A stretch of 52,090 nucleotides of DNA, counting the filler, from Catajapyx aquilonaris (lineage: Eukaryota), in NCBI GenBank assembly GCA_000934665.2. It is 3 parts of 3 records of this genome, joined end to end, with 100 filler letters (N's around TTAATTAATTAA, not from the genome) between each part and the next. Parts side by side here need not be neighbours in the genome. Positions count along the whole stretch, not along the records: positions 1 to 17,315 come from JYFJ02006985.1; 2 more parts are not named here. The stretch is one strand, 5' to 3'. The translations under genes and the position numbers were made by a program. The notes below the pieces were generated by a model. It was given only the letters and a program-made list of their open reading frames with translations, made no database searches and was not told the DNA's origin. Within the stretch, counting starts at the first letter, position 1. Every line of letters begins with the position of its first letter. Shown here piece by piece: positions 1-11,322 of this stretch.

Positions 1-736
1 ATCCAAGCTTCGCGGCATCCCTGCCTACAGAAGTCGCCGACGCCCGGCGGTATAGCTTCAGCTAAAATAAAGAGTACCGTTTCAAACCCTCGGCTCGCCC
101 CCTCTCTCCTATAGTAGGCCCAAGAGTAGGCCCGTCGATAATGGTGCATTCACAAATCCGGTCGAGTCGATTTTTCTTCTTCAAATTTTTAGTTTTAGAA
201 GATAAAGAAAATGGGGGTACATTTATGTATGTGACCATTTCCAACTGCGGGGGCAAATGGTAACCATTGCCCCCCCACTCAAAAAGTAGTGGGGGCGACC
301 GCCCCCATCGCCCCCGTGGTTCCGACGTCCCTGCACTTCTGTGTACGTTGACTGACACCAAGTTCAATATATGTACCAGACACTACACACGGGTTTGCTG
401 CTGTAAATAAATAAATAAATAACATATTTTCATAATCTACGTATGTAAGGCAAAAAAATAAAAATTTGTTTGCCTGTGGCAACAGACTTTTGTTGGTGAT
501 TACCATAGCGTAAACAGGCCTATAAATGGTTTCAAATTTTGCACTTCCCCAATAATTATCCACGCGCTCTTATTTTCTCCGTGCGAAGAACGGGTACCGC
601 TGCTAGTTCCAAATATGTCGCTAAAGCCAAAATATGAAATATTCTTTTATATGCAAAATAAGACCCACTTTTTTGGACTCCTGATGTCATGATTCGGATT
701 TTCATACAAATCACGCCCTCGTGCATACAGAGGAAA

Positions 737-1692
737 AAATTCCAAATTTGATTCATGCGTTGGAAAGCTATTTGAACTCTCTTTCAGACAGTAGGAATCA
801 TGTTTGTAAGATATCAAAATTTTTAGTTAAAGATGGCGTCCAAAACTTTGATTTATGTTTTTCTCAGAAATGGACATTTTTGAAAATTTTTGAATTGCGC
901 TATAAATGAAGCCTGAGATGTTTTCTTGACATTTCCGGAAAAAAACAAGAGTAGACTTTCGATATTTATTGACAGGAGATATTTTTATAGAGCTCATCCC
1001 AGTCGCTCGCCCTGCAACGATTTTGGGTGCAGTGTACTTACGCCTTACTACTTCCCCCTCTGTGCATCCCCCCATCCGCCATCCGCCATCCCTCATTTGC
1101 TGCACATGGCGTCGAAAACAAGTCACTGACCTGTGGGGGCCCAAGTGCCATTGAGCAGATTCCTTGCCCATATCCTTTTCTTTATCCGACTATTTTTGGC
1201 TGCGAGGCCGGACTGCTCTCAAAACCGCCAAGACCTTAGGGCAGCTAGGTGGTGTTTCCAAGTGTCAATAAAGGATTTTCGAAATTTTGAGGGGCCGGGA
1301 CCCGGGTCAAGGTTGTTTCCAAACGCTTTAACTCGAATGCCACAGTGGTCACTCTATTAATGCTCTACAAATCCCCAATCAACGACTGCACTGTACACTG
1401 GACCCAAAATCGTTGCAGAGCGAGCGACTGGGATGCGCCCTATAAAAATATCTCCTGTCAATAAATATCGAAAGTCTACTCTTGTTTTTTCCGGAAATGT
1501 CAATAAAACATCTCAGGCTTCATTTATAGCGCAATTCAAAAATTTTCAAAAATGTCCATTTCTGAGAAAAACATAAATCAAAGTTTTGGACGCCATCTTT
1601 AACTCAAAATTTTGATATCTTACAAACATGATTCCTACTGTCTGAAAGAGAGTTCAAATAGCTTTCCAACGCATGAATCAAATTTGGAATTT
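737..1692. repeat. ~300-bp near-perfect inverted repeat (arms 737-1037 and 1393-1692), part of a foldback DNA-transposon-like element
   Basis: The arms are reverse complements with few mismatches (AAATTCCAAATTTGATTCATGCG...CAGTGTAC / GTACACTG...CGCATGAATCAAATTTGGAATTT). A diverged direct copy of the right arm follows at ~1783-2051. Confidence 0.85.
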
Positions 1693-2229
1693 GTAACAAT
1701 CTCCTGGCAGTTATGGGCCTCCAACTGAGTGCGGACGGAGGCAACATTATTGTATGCGCTTTTAGAGTTTTTTAAATAACGCGAGTCTACTCTCGTTTTT
1801 TACGAAAATGTCAATAAAACACTGTAGGGTTCATTTTAAGAGCAATTCAAAAAATTTTAAAAATGTCCATTTCGAAGAAAAAAAATTAATGAAACATTTG
1901 GACGCCATCTTTAATTTGAATTTTTAAAACTTTACGAATGTGACTCATACTGTCTGAAAGGGTGTTACAATAGCCTCCCATTCCATTAATCATATTTCGG
2001 ATATGTCGCAATCGCCCGAAGTTATGGCCTTCCAACTGAAGGCGGACGGAGCCAAAATCCAAAATCCGTAAAAATCCGCACCTTTCGCACCCTGTAGATA
2101 TGCAACCACGCGTCGCAGGGACAAACAAAAAGAGGTCCTTGCTCACAGCCATGTGTACTACAACATACTCAGTTTTGGTGGAAATCGGAAAAGATTTGTC
2201 GGGAGGGGGGTCCAGTTGACGTGGAATGC

Positions 2230-2232
<3 letters not shown>

Positions 2233-2275
<43 letters not shown>

Positions 2276-2325
2276 ATTATATATGAATATATATATATGA
2301 AATAGCCTATATACGCTAAAATACG

Positions 2326-2367
<42 letters not shown>

Positions 2368-2397
2368 CGTATTTTAGCGTATATAGGCTATTTCATA
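2233..2397. repeat. (TA)n microsatellite with perfect palindrome 2296-2397
   Basis: TATGAAATAGCCTATATACGCTAAAATACGGAA-(TA)n-TTCCGTATTTTAGCGTATATAGGCTATTTCATA. Confidence 0.9.
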
Positions 2398-2405
2398 ATA
2401 ATTAA

Positions 2406-3115
2406 CCCTTTGATGGCGGAGTTTTTTTGGCCATTTTAGTCACTTTATGAAAAAAATTCTAGTAGGATTAATATTAATGAAAAACAATATGCTCCAATAT
2501 TTATCATTTCATGTTCCCTCCTCAAAAATCCCTATCCTTTCCTATTGTCCTTGTTTCCTTGCACCGGTGATTGAAGTGGAAAATATATATATATAACTGA
2601 TGGTGGTATGCCACCCCCCGAAGCAGGACGTAATGTACTGAGCAAGGGGTAGTGAAATAAAAAAAATAAACAAAAATAATATTTATCATTTCAACTCGTG
2701 GTGGTCCTTTTGAATGTAAAATGCCGAAAAATTTCATCTACAGGGTGTTCCAGAAAAAAATTAAAGTGCAATTAACTTGAAACGTAATTAAATTTATTTA
2801 AAATTTTAACGTCACTATAAAATTGTTACTGTGGTTACATAATACTACTAAAACACAGTGCTTCGAGAAATTACAACGAATCCAGACGTCGCATGTTGTC
2901 AAAAATTTTCAGGCGGGAGGGGGTATGCTTAGCTCCCACTGGGAGGCGGGAAAACTGATTATCATACGCTGATCATACGCCATGGTAGTTGAGCCCCCTT
3001 CCACGAGGTGGTAGGAGCAGTTTGAGCCTCAAACTGCGCCATTTTTGTGTAAACTCGAGCGCTCCCAGTTCAAAAGCCAACAGGACATTATATGATGTCC
3101 GTAGCCGTCAAAGGG
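2406..3115. mobile_element. piggyBac-type MITE
   Basis: TTAA at 2402-2405 and 3116-3119. TIRs are CCCTTTGATGGC / GCCGTCAAAGGG (11/12). The paralogous empty site, with a single TTAA, is at 7137-7140. Confidence 0.85.
2512..2677 (+). mobile_element. 5'-truncated SINE (family A) nested in the piggyBac MITE
   Basis: 16-bp TSD AATATTTATCATTTCA (2496-2511, 2678-2693), A-rich tail, and 3' part similar to the SINEs at 18381 and 21477. Confidence 0.8.
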
Positions 3116-3288
3116 TTAAATCAGACAAACCGTGGGCTGGTAGCACTCGACTTTCGTCTTTTTACGACTATCTATGTGAATATAATTTTAGGGCCTTTTA
3201 AGCGACAAAATCGTCTTCAATACATTCATAGTGCAGACTGTATAGTGTAGGCGGGCATAAACGTGTTAGTATGATATGATCCTACATG

Positions 3289-3592
3289 GGAGAGATGAAG
3301 TGGCGCGCGGTAACGCGCGCGCCCACGGTTCAATCCCCACCCGGGGTTCCCACCTTTATCCGTGCAGAGTTGGGCCATCTCTGGCTTCATTTCGGGTGGC
3401 AGTTTCCGATAGACTAAGCCACCCGGGGGAGTTCACAAAATGACCGTTAGAGACATTGCACATGCACTTTGCACATCCCCTCCTACCTACCCTTGGAACA
3501 AACTAAATACTATCTTAGTATACCGGTTCCATCCAGATGGTGGTATTCCACCCCCCTAAAGGAGATGTAACTCCCAATGGGGCAAAAAAAAA
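3289..3592 (+). mobile_element. tRNA-derived SINE (family A-related)
   Basis: TSD GATCCTACATG (3278-3288, 3593-3603), box-B-like GGTTCAATCCC, poly(A) tail, and a 3' end shared with the other SINEs. Confidence 0.8.
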
Positions 3593-3711
3593 GATCCTAC
3601 ATGCATCACTGTAGCTGTTATTCTTTGTAAAATATCTTGTCCTTGCTGTCGTCACAGTACGTGTAAGCGACAACCTCAGAGGCGATGGCGGTATATCTGG
3701 TATTGCGAAGG

Positions 3712-4300
3712 AGTTAAAAAAACTGAAATAAGAGCAAAAACATTCCCTTCAGTGAAAAAAAGGATAGTAAGACCTCCGTGGTGGAATGAAATACTGAAAC
3801 AAGGCAGGCGCACGTAAGACTTTCACCAATTGATTTAATCTGTACCATAGGTCTTACTCAAGCAATTGTCAAGTACTGTATGGAACAGCTCGCAAAAACT
3901 ACTGCTGCAAACTACTCAGAGCAGTGGGATGGGTTTCATTTTGAAATTTTTTTTTGAAAAAAACTAAACCCATCCTAACAGACTTGGTCCAATCGAAAAA
4001 GACCCTCTGAAATTCACCAATGAACGTTTATATGTGAAAAATTAATCATTAGAGTTCAGCATCTACAGTAAAAGAGGTGACGATTCTGCATGAATGTTTC
4101 ATGGCAATAATTCGCACCAATCGTATAGAAATTCAAGGTGCTTAATATTGAAGTTTCTAATTTCACAAAACACTAATATGGAGTGGCTCATGGAAATTAA
4201 TGGGTGGAATTTTCGTCGCACTACTATATTACTATTAACTATAGGTCTAAAGTTACTGCTTACTTAGCAGTACCATTGCACTATACAGTATACTGGTACA
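3712..4300. repeat. Diverged copy of the long-TIR element at 5788-6566 (inverted relative to ~6000-6560)
   Basis: AAAAACATTCCCTTCAGTGAAAAAA...GGTCTTACTCAAGCAATT followed by ~350 bp matching the reverse complement of ~6075-6410. Confidence 0.8.
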
Positions 4301-5787
4301 CTGTACTGCTATGTTAGAAGTATACCAATTTGATTTCACAAAAAGACAGTTTTCATATATACCGTATTTTATAAAGGAATCTGTAGTACATTTGACACGG
4401 TCAGAACTCAGGGGGCTTGCTCAGGGGTGTTGACATACAAATTTTTTTTAACATGTGCATATCAGAGAGTGGAATTTTCGGGATTTTTTTTTTAAGTGTG
4501 ATGAAGCCATTTCATGTGCAAAAAAAGGACAGCTGTTGTATTATACTCTCGGTTTTCAATGAGCTTGCCACTTGTCTTGTGCTGCATGCATTCGCAATAA
4601 CACCAACAAAAGGTCATAATCTAAAGTTCGTTAGACGAGAGAAGTACCTGAGGTCATCGTTCTGTTTGCCGACTCCCAGTCAACAGAAATAAATCTGCCA
4701 AACGAACAATAAGAGTAAACAGTGTCAGCAAAAGAAAAGTGTCTACTCATAATTTTGTTGTGTGAGGGCATCTCCGCGGAGATAGGAAAAGTGGGAGGTT
4801 CCAGAGACGCATTCTAGGATGTCCTTTGACTCCAGTCACAAGCCCATAAATTAAAATGAGCCAAACTATACATGCTGTGCTGGGCTCCAGTAAAGTATAG
4901 TCATTAATTAACAGCAGTTTATAAAAAATTAAAAGCAGTGGAACTCAATAGGAACTATGGGTAATGGGCAAAAACTTCATGTGTTTTAGTTGTTTTAATA
5001 CGTCAAGGGTGAAGATGAAGTGGTTGATCCCATTACGGTGGGCAGCAATTTTCCTGCTGCCTGTCGTCGTGAATGGTCAAGAGCCGGACATATGGGAGAT
5101 AGTGGACACAGCTGCAAAACTGTTTATGGATGTGTTCGATGTTCCCGGCCTCTCCTTGGGAATTGTGCTGAACGGAACCATCGAAAGAAACACCGGATAT
5201 GGTTTCCGAAACCTCGAGAAGAAGGAGGAGGCCGATGAAAATACTCTCTTTGGAATCGGATCATTAACTAAGGTGAACATAGAAAACGACTCGCATAATA
5301 CTATATTAAGCTGGTCTGCATGATACTTTTACACTTTACAATATATTGGCTTAGAAGGGGTTATCGGCAATTTTACAGGTGGAGTGACTATCACTTTATA
5401 TGGGCATATAAGGTTATAGAAGGTAATATATTGGGCATATTTGACGTTAACCAACATTAATGCTGTTACGCCGCATCTGTTACATTCTGTGAGGTACTAT
5501 TCTGTCCACATGCGATGCTTACAGGATCATAGTGAAGGGCACTTTTAATTATTTTTAGACTTATGAAACAATTATCACAAAAAACAATTCCCTACGGAAT
5601 TGCAAAAAAAAGGAAAGTAAGATCCAAGTAACGGATAGAAATTACTGAAACAAGACTGGGCTGCGTAAGATCTTCAACCTTATGGATAAATGTAACCCAG
5701 AGATCTTACTTCCGCATTTTACACAATAATTAGATTTGTATAATGGTGATGATCAAAGCGTCTTTGTCCATCAGCCAGTCTAATGCT

Positions 5788-6566
5788 AATTATATCAAAA
5801 ACATTCCCTTCAGTGAAAAAAGAGAAGTAAGACCTCCGCGGCGGAATAAAGGTACTGAAACAAGGCAGGCGCACGTAAGACCTTCACCAATTGATTTAAG
5901 CTGTACCATAGGTCTTACTCAAGCAATTTCCAATTCACTGCTCATGAAGTCTGCTTTCTGAAACAAATCTGTGGAATTTCTGTCGTACTACTAGTTACTT
6001 CTAACTTAGCAGTACCAGTGTAGTGCAATGGTACTACTAGTTAGCAGTATCTTAGCTCTTATTGGCAGTATTAGTTTTCCATGAGCCACTCCATATTAGT
6101 GTTTTATTAAATTAGGAACTTCAATATTAAGCACATTGAATTTTTATACGATTAGTGCGAATTATTGCCATGAAACATTCATGCAGAATCGTCACCCCTT
6201 TTAGATGCTGATTTTAACTCTAACGTTTAATTTTTCACATATAAACGTTAATTGGTGAATTTTAGAGGGTCTTTTTCGATTGGACCAAGTCTGTTCGGAT
6301 GGGTTTAGTTTTTCCCCAATTTTTTTTCTTTTCATAATAAAATCCTACCTACTGCTCTGAGTAGTTTGCAGCAGTCATTTTACGAGCCGTTCCATACCGG
6401 ACTTGAGAATTGCTTGAGTAAGACCTATGGTACAGCTTAAATCAATTGGTGAAGGTCTTACGTGCGCCTGCCTTGTTTCAGTACCTTTATTCCGCCGCGG
6501 AGGTCTTACTTCTCTTTTTTTCACTGAAGGGAATGTTTTTGATATAATTTCAGTTCTTTTTTGACA
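5788..6566. mobile_element. Nested related long-TIR element (TIRs 5788-5928 and 6408-6549)
   Basis: ~140-bp near-perfect inverted repeat with the same motif layout as the outer element. The right end reads CAGTTCTTTTTTGACA. Confidence 0.75.
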
Positions 6567-6624
6567 GTACGGAATAGGTACAATGATGCCTCATTTTAAT
6601 ATCATACATATTAATACATTATAA

Positions 6625-6882
6625 TATTTTGAGTTCAGGAGACTGGAGTAGTCCCATGAGGACGACATTGGGATCACGAGGACTGGATGTTTTGAGATGA
6701 CATTATCTGGATTGTGGAGAGAGGAAAGGCATTATGGAATTGTCATGGTACAGAGAGAGGGTGGGACACTAACCTCGGGAATTTGTGTGATGATTTTGGC
6801 GAGTAGATCTTCAATTGGATTTGGTAATACAAGTGATGACAAGAGTTCGGGAGACTGGGGTAGGCAGGCTGTCCCATGAGGA
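6625..6882 (-). repeat. Dispersed copy of the exon-intron-like repeat
   Basis: Homologous to the units at 22989-24040. Minus-strand GAG|GTTAGT at 6773 and TCCAG| at 6707. Confidence 0.75.
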
Positions 6883-8017
6883 CAGTGATTCAGAAACAGA
6901 TACTGAATCACTGTTTCAGTTTCTGTCTCAGTTTCTGTCTCAGTTTCTGTCTCAGTTTTTTTTCAGTTTTTTTGACAGTACACATAACTTATGCTCTACA
7001 GTGTCTACACTATACAGTCTGCACTATGAATGGATTGGAGACGATTATCGTCGCTTAGAAGTCCCTAAAATTATTTTCACAGAGACAGTCGTAAAAAAAC
7101 GAAAGTGGAGTGCTATCAGCCAACGGTTAGTCTGATTTAATTATTATGAAATAGCCTATGCGCTAAAATATACGTAATATATACATTGAGAACTGTACCA
7201 GACGAATTTGCTGAAATCGTGGTACTTTTATCTGCGGCTTGCCTCCGTCACATCTGAAAACTCCCAACCATACTTAATTTTCGCGAAATGCGACGATTAT
7301 TTCAGCAAATCAGTTCATTTGGCACGTTACAATAAAATACGCAAGTACATGTCTGCAAAACCTGCGTAACGAAAGGACAGTATGTCTGTGTTTGCATGGA
7401 AATGCCCAGGACATGTATCTTTTCCAATTCCCGGACCCGCGGAAACCAAACTAGACAACTGTCACCAATGCCACTTACAACATTATTCGGGGCAACCCTT
7501 CAATTATCTACAGTGAGAACCGTACCAGACAAATTTACTGAAATCGTGGAACTTTCCAAGAATTAAATTAATACTATATGTGTGGCTTGCCTCGGTCATA
7601 TCTGAAAACTCCCAAACTTATTTAATTTTCGCGAAATGCAACGATTGCAGCAAATATTAGTCTGGCACATTTCTCAAGGTAGATTTTCCGCATACTGTAA
7701 CATAATTTTATAATTAAATCAGCTTAAGAGTTGGCCGGTATTACCTGGCGATGCATGGCGATATAGTAGGTGGGAGCGAACGGGCTTAATAGTAGCCTAC
7801 AGTTGAATCAGGATACAACAAAATGCGGCGATTTCAGCAAATCAGTTCTTCTGGCACTTTACAATAAGATACGCAAGTACATGTCTTCAAAACCTGCGTA
7901 ACCGCATACTGTAACATAATTTCATAATTTATTAAATCAGCTTAAGAGTTGGCCGGTATTACCTGGCGATGCATGGCGATATAGTAGGTGGGAGCGAATG
8001 GGCTTAATAGTAGCCTA

Positions 8018-8454
8018 CAGTTGAATCAGGATACAACAAACTTCAAGAGACTGCGGAAAAAGTATGTTATAACAGAGGTCTGTTATAGCCGAATCGTCAC
8101 GCAACGTAAACATAAATTTCTGCTTTCAATGTGGCTGTACTAATGCACTACTACAAGACTACATACCGATTAATGAAATCTGTCACAAATGCAATATTGA
8201 TGGCTCACCCGAAAATTATGCAGGACCAAAATATCCGAAATTTCCTTCTGCCGTCTTTTTTTTGCAAATTTTATACCTGGAAAACAATATTTTCCCACCG
8301 ATGGTCCAAGAAATGGTCTGTTATACCCGAGGTGAGGTGAAAATGAGTCTGTTACATCAGGAGTGCAAATACACAGTGCCTAATGGAAGCATGCCGGGAC
8401 GGCCTTTATGACCAAGTCTGTTATAGCCGAGGCTGTTATATCCGGATTCAACTG
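8018..8454. mobile_element. Tc1/mariner/pogo-type MITE
   Basis: TA flanks (8016-8017, 8455-8456). TIRs are CAGTTGAATCAGGATACAAC / GTTATATCCGGATTCAACTG. Confidence 0.8.
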
Positions 8455-9064
8455 TAAATCTGTAATAAGTGCAATGCGTTCACACCAGCGGCAGGGTATT
8501 TCGCTAATAACAATATGGCTAGTGGGTAAACAAGAATTGACGTTTCCAGGTGATGGCATTATGAACTAATGAATTAATGACAGAAAAAATTTGATGTAAA
8601 AAAATCACAGCTCCAATCCCGTAGCAGTGGGAACTGTGAGATTTTGAACATAGATCCGCACCATCCCACTGCGCATTCGGCCCGTTGAAGAAGAAACCAA
8701 ATTCCGAATAGTTATTGAGCAAAAAAATTGAGACGTATTTTGTGGTGGTTTAAAATTTTTTGCGGCGTTTTGAAGAGGAATTAAGTGAAAGTGTAAATGG
8801 TAGGAAATCAAGTCACGACGGTGGGGATCTGTGTTCAAAATTTGGAAGCTCTACCTACAGCAGAATCTGAGTTAGGGCGATTGAAAAAAACGTAACAACA
8901 AGAAGAACCAGGAAAAATTCATTGTTGAAACGCTATGCTACGGTCTTACTAAGGGGCTATCGCCCCTTAAATAAGCCAATCTGTGGACCATTAAACATTC
9001 AAGCTACTCAGTAAATCGATGAACAAATTAATTAATTCAAGGATTATATTTATCCTTTATCCTT

Positions 9065-9545
9065 ATTAAATATATTATATTACATTACATATTATATTAT
9101 ATTACATATTATATTACATTACATATTATATTATATTACATATTATATTATATTACATATTATATTACATATTGTATATTATATTTTATTGTATATTATA
9201 TTGTATTATATATTATATTATGTTATATATTATATTACATATTATATTACATATTGTATATTATATTTTATTGTATATTATATTGTATTATATATTATAT
9301 TATGTTATATATTATATTACATATTATATTATGTTATATATTATATTACATATTATATTATGTTATATATTATATTACATATTATACATATTATTACACA
9401 TATTATTGTTACATATGTGAATTATTATAATGTGAAACATTTAACCTTCCAGCCACTCAGCTAATCGATGAACCAATTAATAACATTTTTTTATTTTTAT
9501 CGTTTATTCTTANATTATTTTATTATTATATTATATTATTATTAT
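9065..9545. repeat. AT-rich ~5-bp-period simple repeat (TATAT/TACAT/TTATA)
   Basis: Directly visible low-complexity array. Confidence 0.9.
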
Positions 9546-9835
9546 AAGCATAAAATAATCCCAAATTGCACAACTATACCTTGATGAACATTGAACAATG
9601 ACGCTTTGATCATCACCATGATACAAATCTAATTATTGTGTAAAATGCGGAAGTAAGATCTCTGGGTTACATTTATCCATAAGGTTGAAGATCTTACGCA
9701 GCCCAGTCTTGTTTCAGTAATTTCTATCCGTTACTTGGATCTTACTTTCCTTTTTTTTGCAATTCCGTAGGGAATTGTTTTTTGTGATAATTGCAGCTAT
9801 TTTTTGACAAAGCAACCTGAACATGCAGTTATACT

Positions 9836-9965
9836 CATAGGACTCGCTTTGCGAGGTGGGGGGGCTACGCCCCCCCACACCCCCCCTTGGGGCTGCGCCC
9901 CAATTGGCGCGCCTTCGGCGCTATGCCCGTGTTCCGCCTAATCCATCCGGTTACAGAAATCCATC
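9836..9965 (-). mobile_element. 3' fragment of the non-autonomous Helitron-like element seen at 16688
   Basis: The reverse complement matches ~17115-17235, including GGGGCGCAGCCCCAAGGGGGG and the hairpin CTCGCAAAGCGAG. Confidence 0.65.
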
Positions 9966-10004
9966 CGTATACGTTTTATATATACTTGACTTGATGGTAT
10001 AAAG

Positions 10005-10333
10005 CAGAGGTTCCCAAACTTTTTGAGTCGCGGAGCACTTTTCAGCAGAGATATTTGTGACGGAGCACTAACGTCATCGACGGCGTAAGCATAAAAAAAT
10101 TCTGAGGGGGGGGGGGCGCCAAATTAGTAAATGGGAAGTCGAGGGACAAAAGGGCGCCGCAGGCGAAAAAATTCGGGTTCACGGTCACGGCAGCTACTGA
10201 GAGATTTAAATGGGTATATAGCTTATATTATTATTATTGAATATATATTATATTATTGAAGAATTCCTTTTCTCCCCACCCTCCTCGTGGAGCACTTGGA
10301 GAAGCTTCGTGGAGCACAGTTTGGGAAACTCTG
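10005..10333. mobile_element. hAT (Charlie/Buster-like) MITE
   Basis: TIRs CAGAGGTTCCCAAACT / AGTTTGGGAAACTCTG, with 8-bp TSD GTATAAAG / GTATAGAG (7/8). Confidence 0.8.
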
Positions 10334-10650
10334 GTATAGAGAGAGGAGCGGATACTTACATCTTGGGCGGGGAGAATATTTTCTTGGCCGGTTTTATTAA
10401 GGTTCGTACACAGTTGAGAGGAGAGTGGAGATAGAGAGTTTATAGAGATGTTGAGGTGGCAGGCAGGATTGTCAGGAAGTGTTGAGAGTCTCAAAGACTT
10501 TTGTCATATAAGTTCTGGACCTAGAAAAGGCATGGTGGGAATTGTCCTGGTACAGAGAGAGGAGCGGATCCTTACCTCTTGGGCGCCGCGCCGCGCCGGA
10601 AAGATTTTTTTGGAAGGGGTTAAGGTTCGTACACAGTTGAGAGGAGAGAG
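10334..10650 (-). repeat. ~1.5 further units of the exon-intron-like repeat
   Basis: Minus-strand donor-like sites GAG|GTAAGG (10575) and GAT|GTAAGT (10359), acceptor-like TCCAG| (10515), and the shared CTCTCTCTGTACCA...ACAATTCCCA core. Confidence 0.7.
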
Positions 10651-11159
10651 ATGATTTCTGATTAGTTTTATCTTGTGAAAGATGGCTGCTTAGTTGGTTG
10701 CTTGGTTAATTTCTTTCCGACCAAATTTCATTATCACAAGTCTCTTTTTCATGACATCTGTCTAAGTTCTCAAATGTATAAGGTGGTTAGAAGTGATTAT
10801 TCGCTACCCGGCTGTACCCAGGACCCACCACGTGGAGGTGGTCGCGTTGTTCGGGTCCTATACCCATGCCCACTCAATCACTTTCCCATGTGGACACAAG
10901 TCTCCTCAAAATACTACTCTAGTATTGCAGGGACAAGAAATAAGATCATGGCCTCTCTCATCATCCTGGTACATGATGGTGAGAGAAAGGGAAGAAAGTC
11001 GGTTATTGGGAGTGAGAATAACACTAACGTCATATATCATACGGGCGTCGTATGCCTATGTGGTAAGGGTTGCCGTTCGAATCAGCGGGAGGAGAAAGGG
11101 GGCAACACCAAAGTCTTATACTGGTTGGGCTACGTATACCGGCAAGGACGAACCGCAGG

Positions 11160-11322
11160 GGTTTACGCAAGGGGGTAATCACTCGACTGAAAAGTGTACA
11201 CTGGAGTACCAAATTCAAGGAGTACCACGGAGTAATAAAGAGTGAGGTGCCTGAGGAGTACCAGGGAGTACCACTCCCAGGTGTACACCGGAGTACCGAA
11301 GTGATTACCCACTTGGGTTTAC
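11160..11322. repeat. Small interspersed repeat rich in GAGTACC motifs
   Basis: Reverse-complement copy at ~33679-33863 on another contig. Confidence 0.7.

Larger units (their letters stand above)
5569..9809. mobile_element. Long-TIR non-autonomous DNA element in lactamase intron 1 (TIRs ~5569-5762 and ~9600-9793)
   Basis: ~195-bp near-perfect inverted repeat. The right end continues CAGCTATTTTTTGACA. Superfamily unresolved. Confidence 0.7.

Noticed and set aside
4964..5323. Bacterial beta-lactamase gene or contaminant
   Set aside because: The ORF is only exon 1. The SxxK motif continues after a 7-kb GT-AG intron full of eukaryotic TEs.
9172..9464. Tyr/Ile-rich ORFs
   Set aside because: They are translations of an AT-rich simple repeat.
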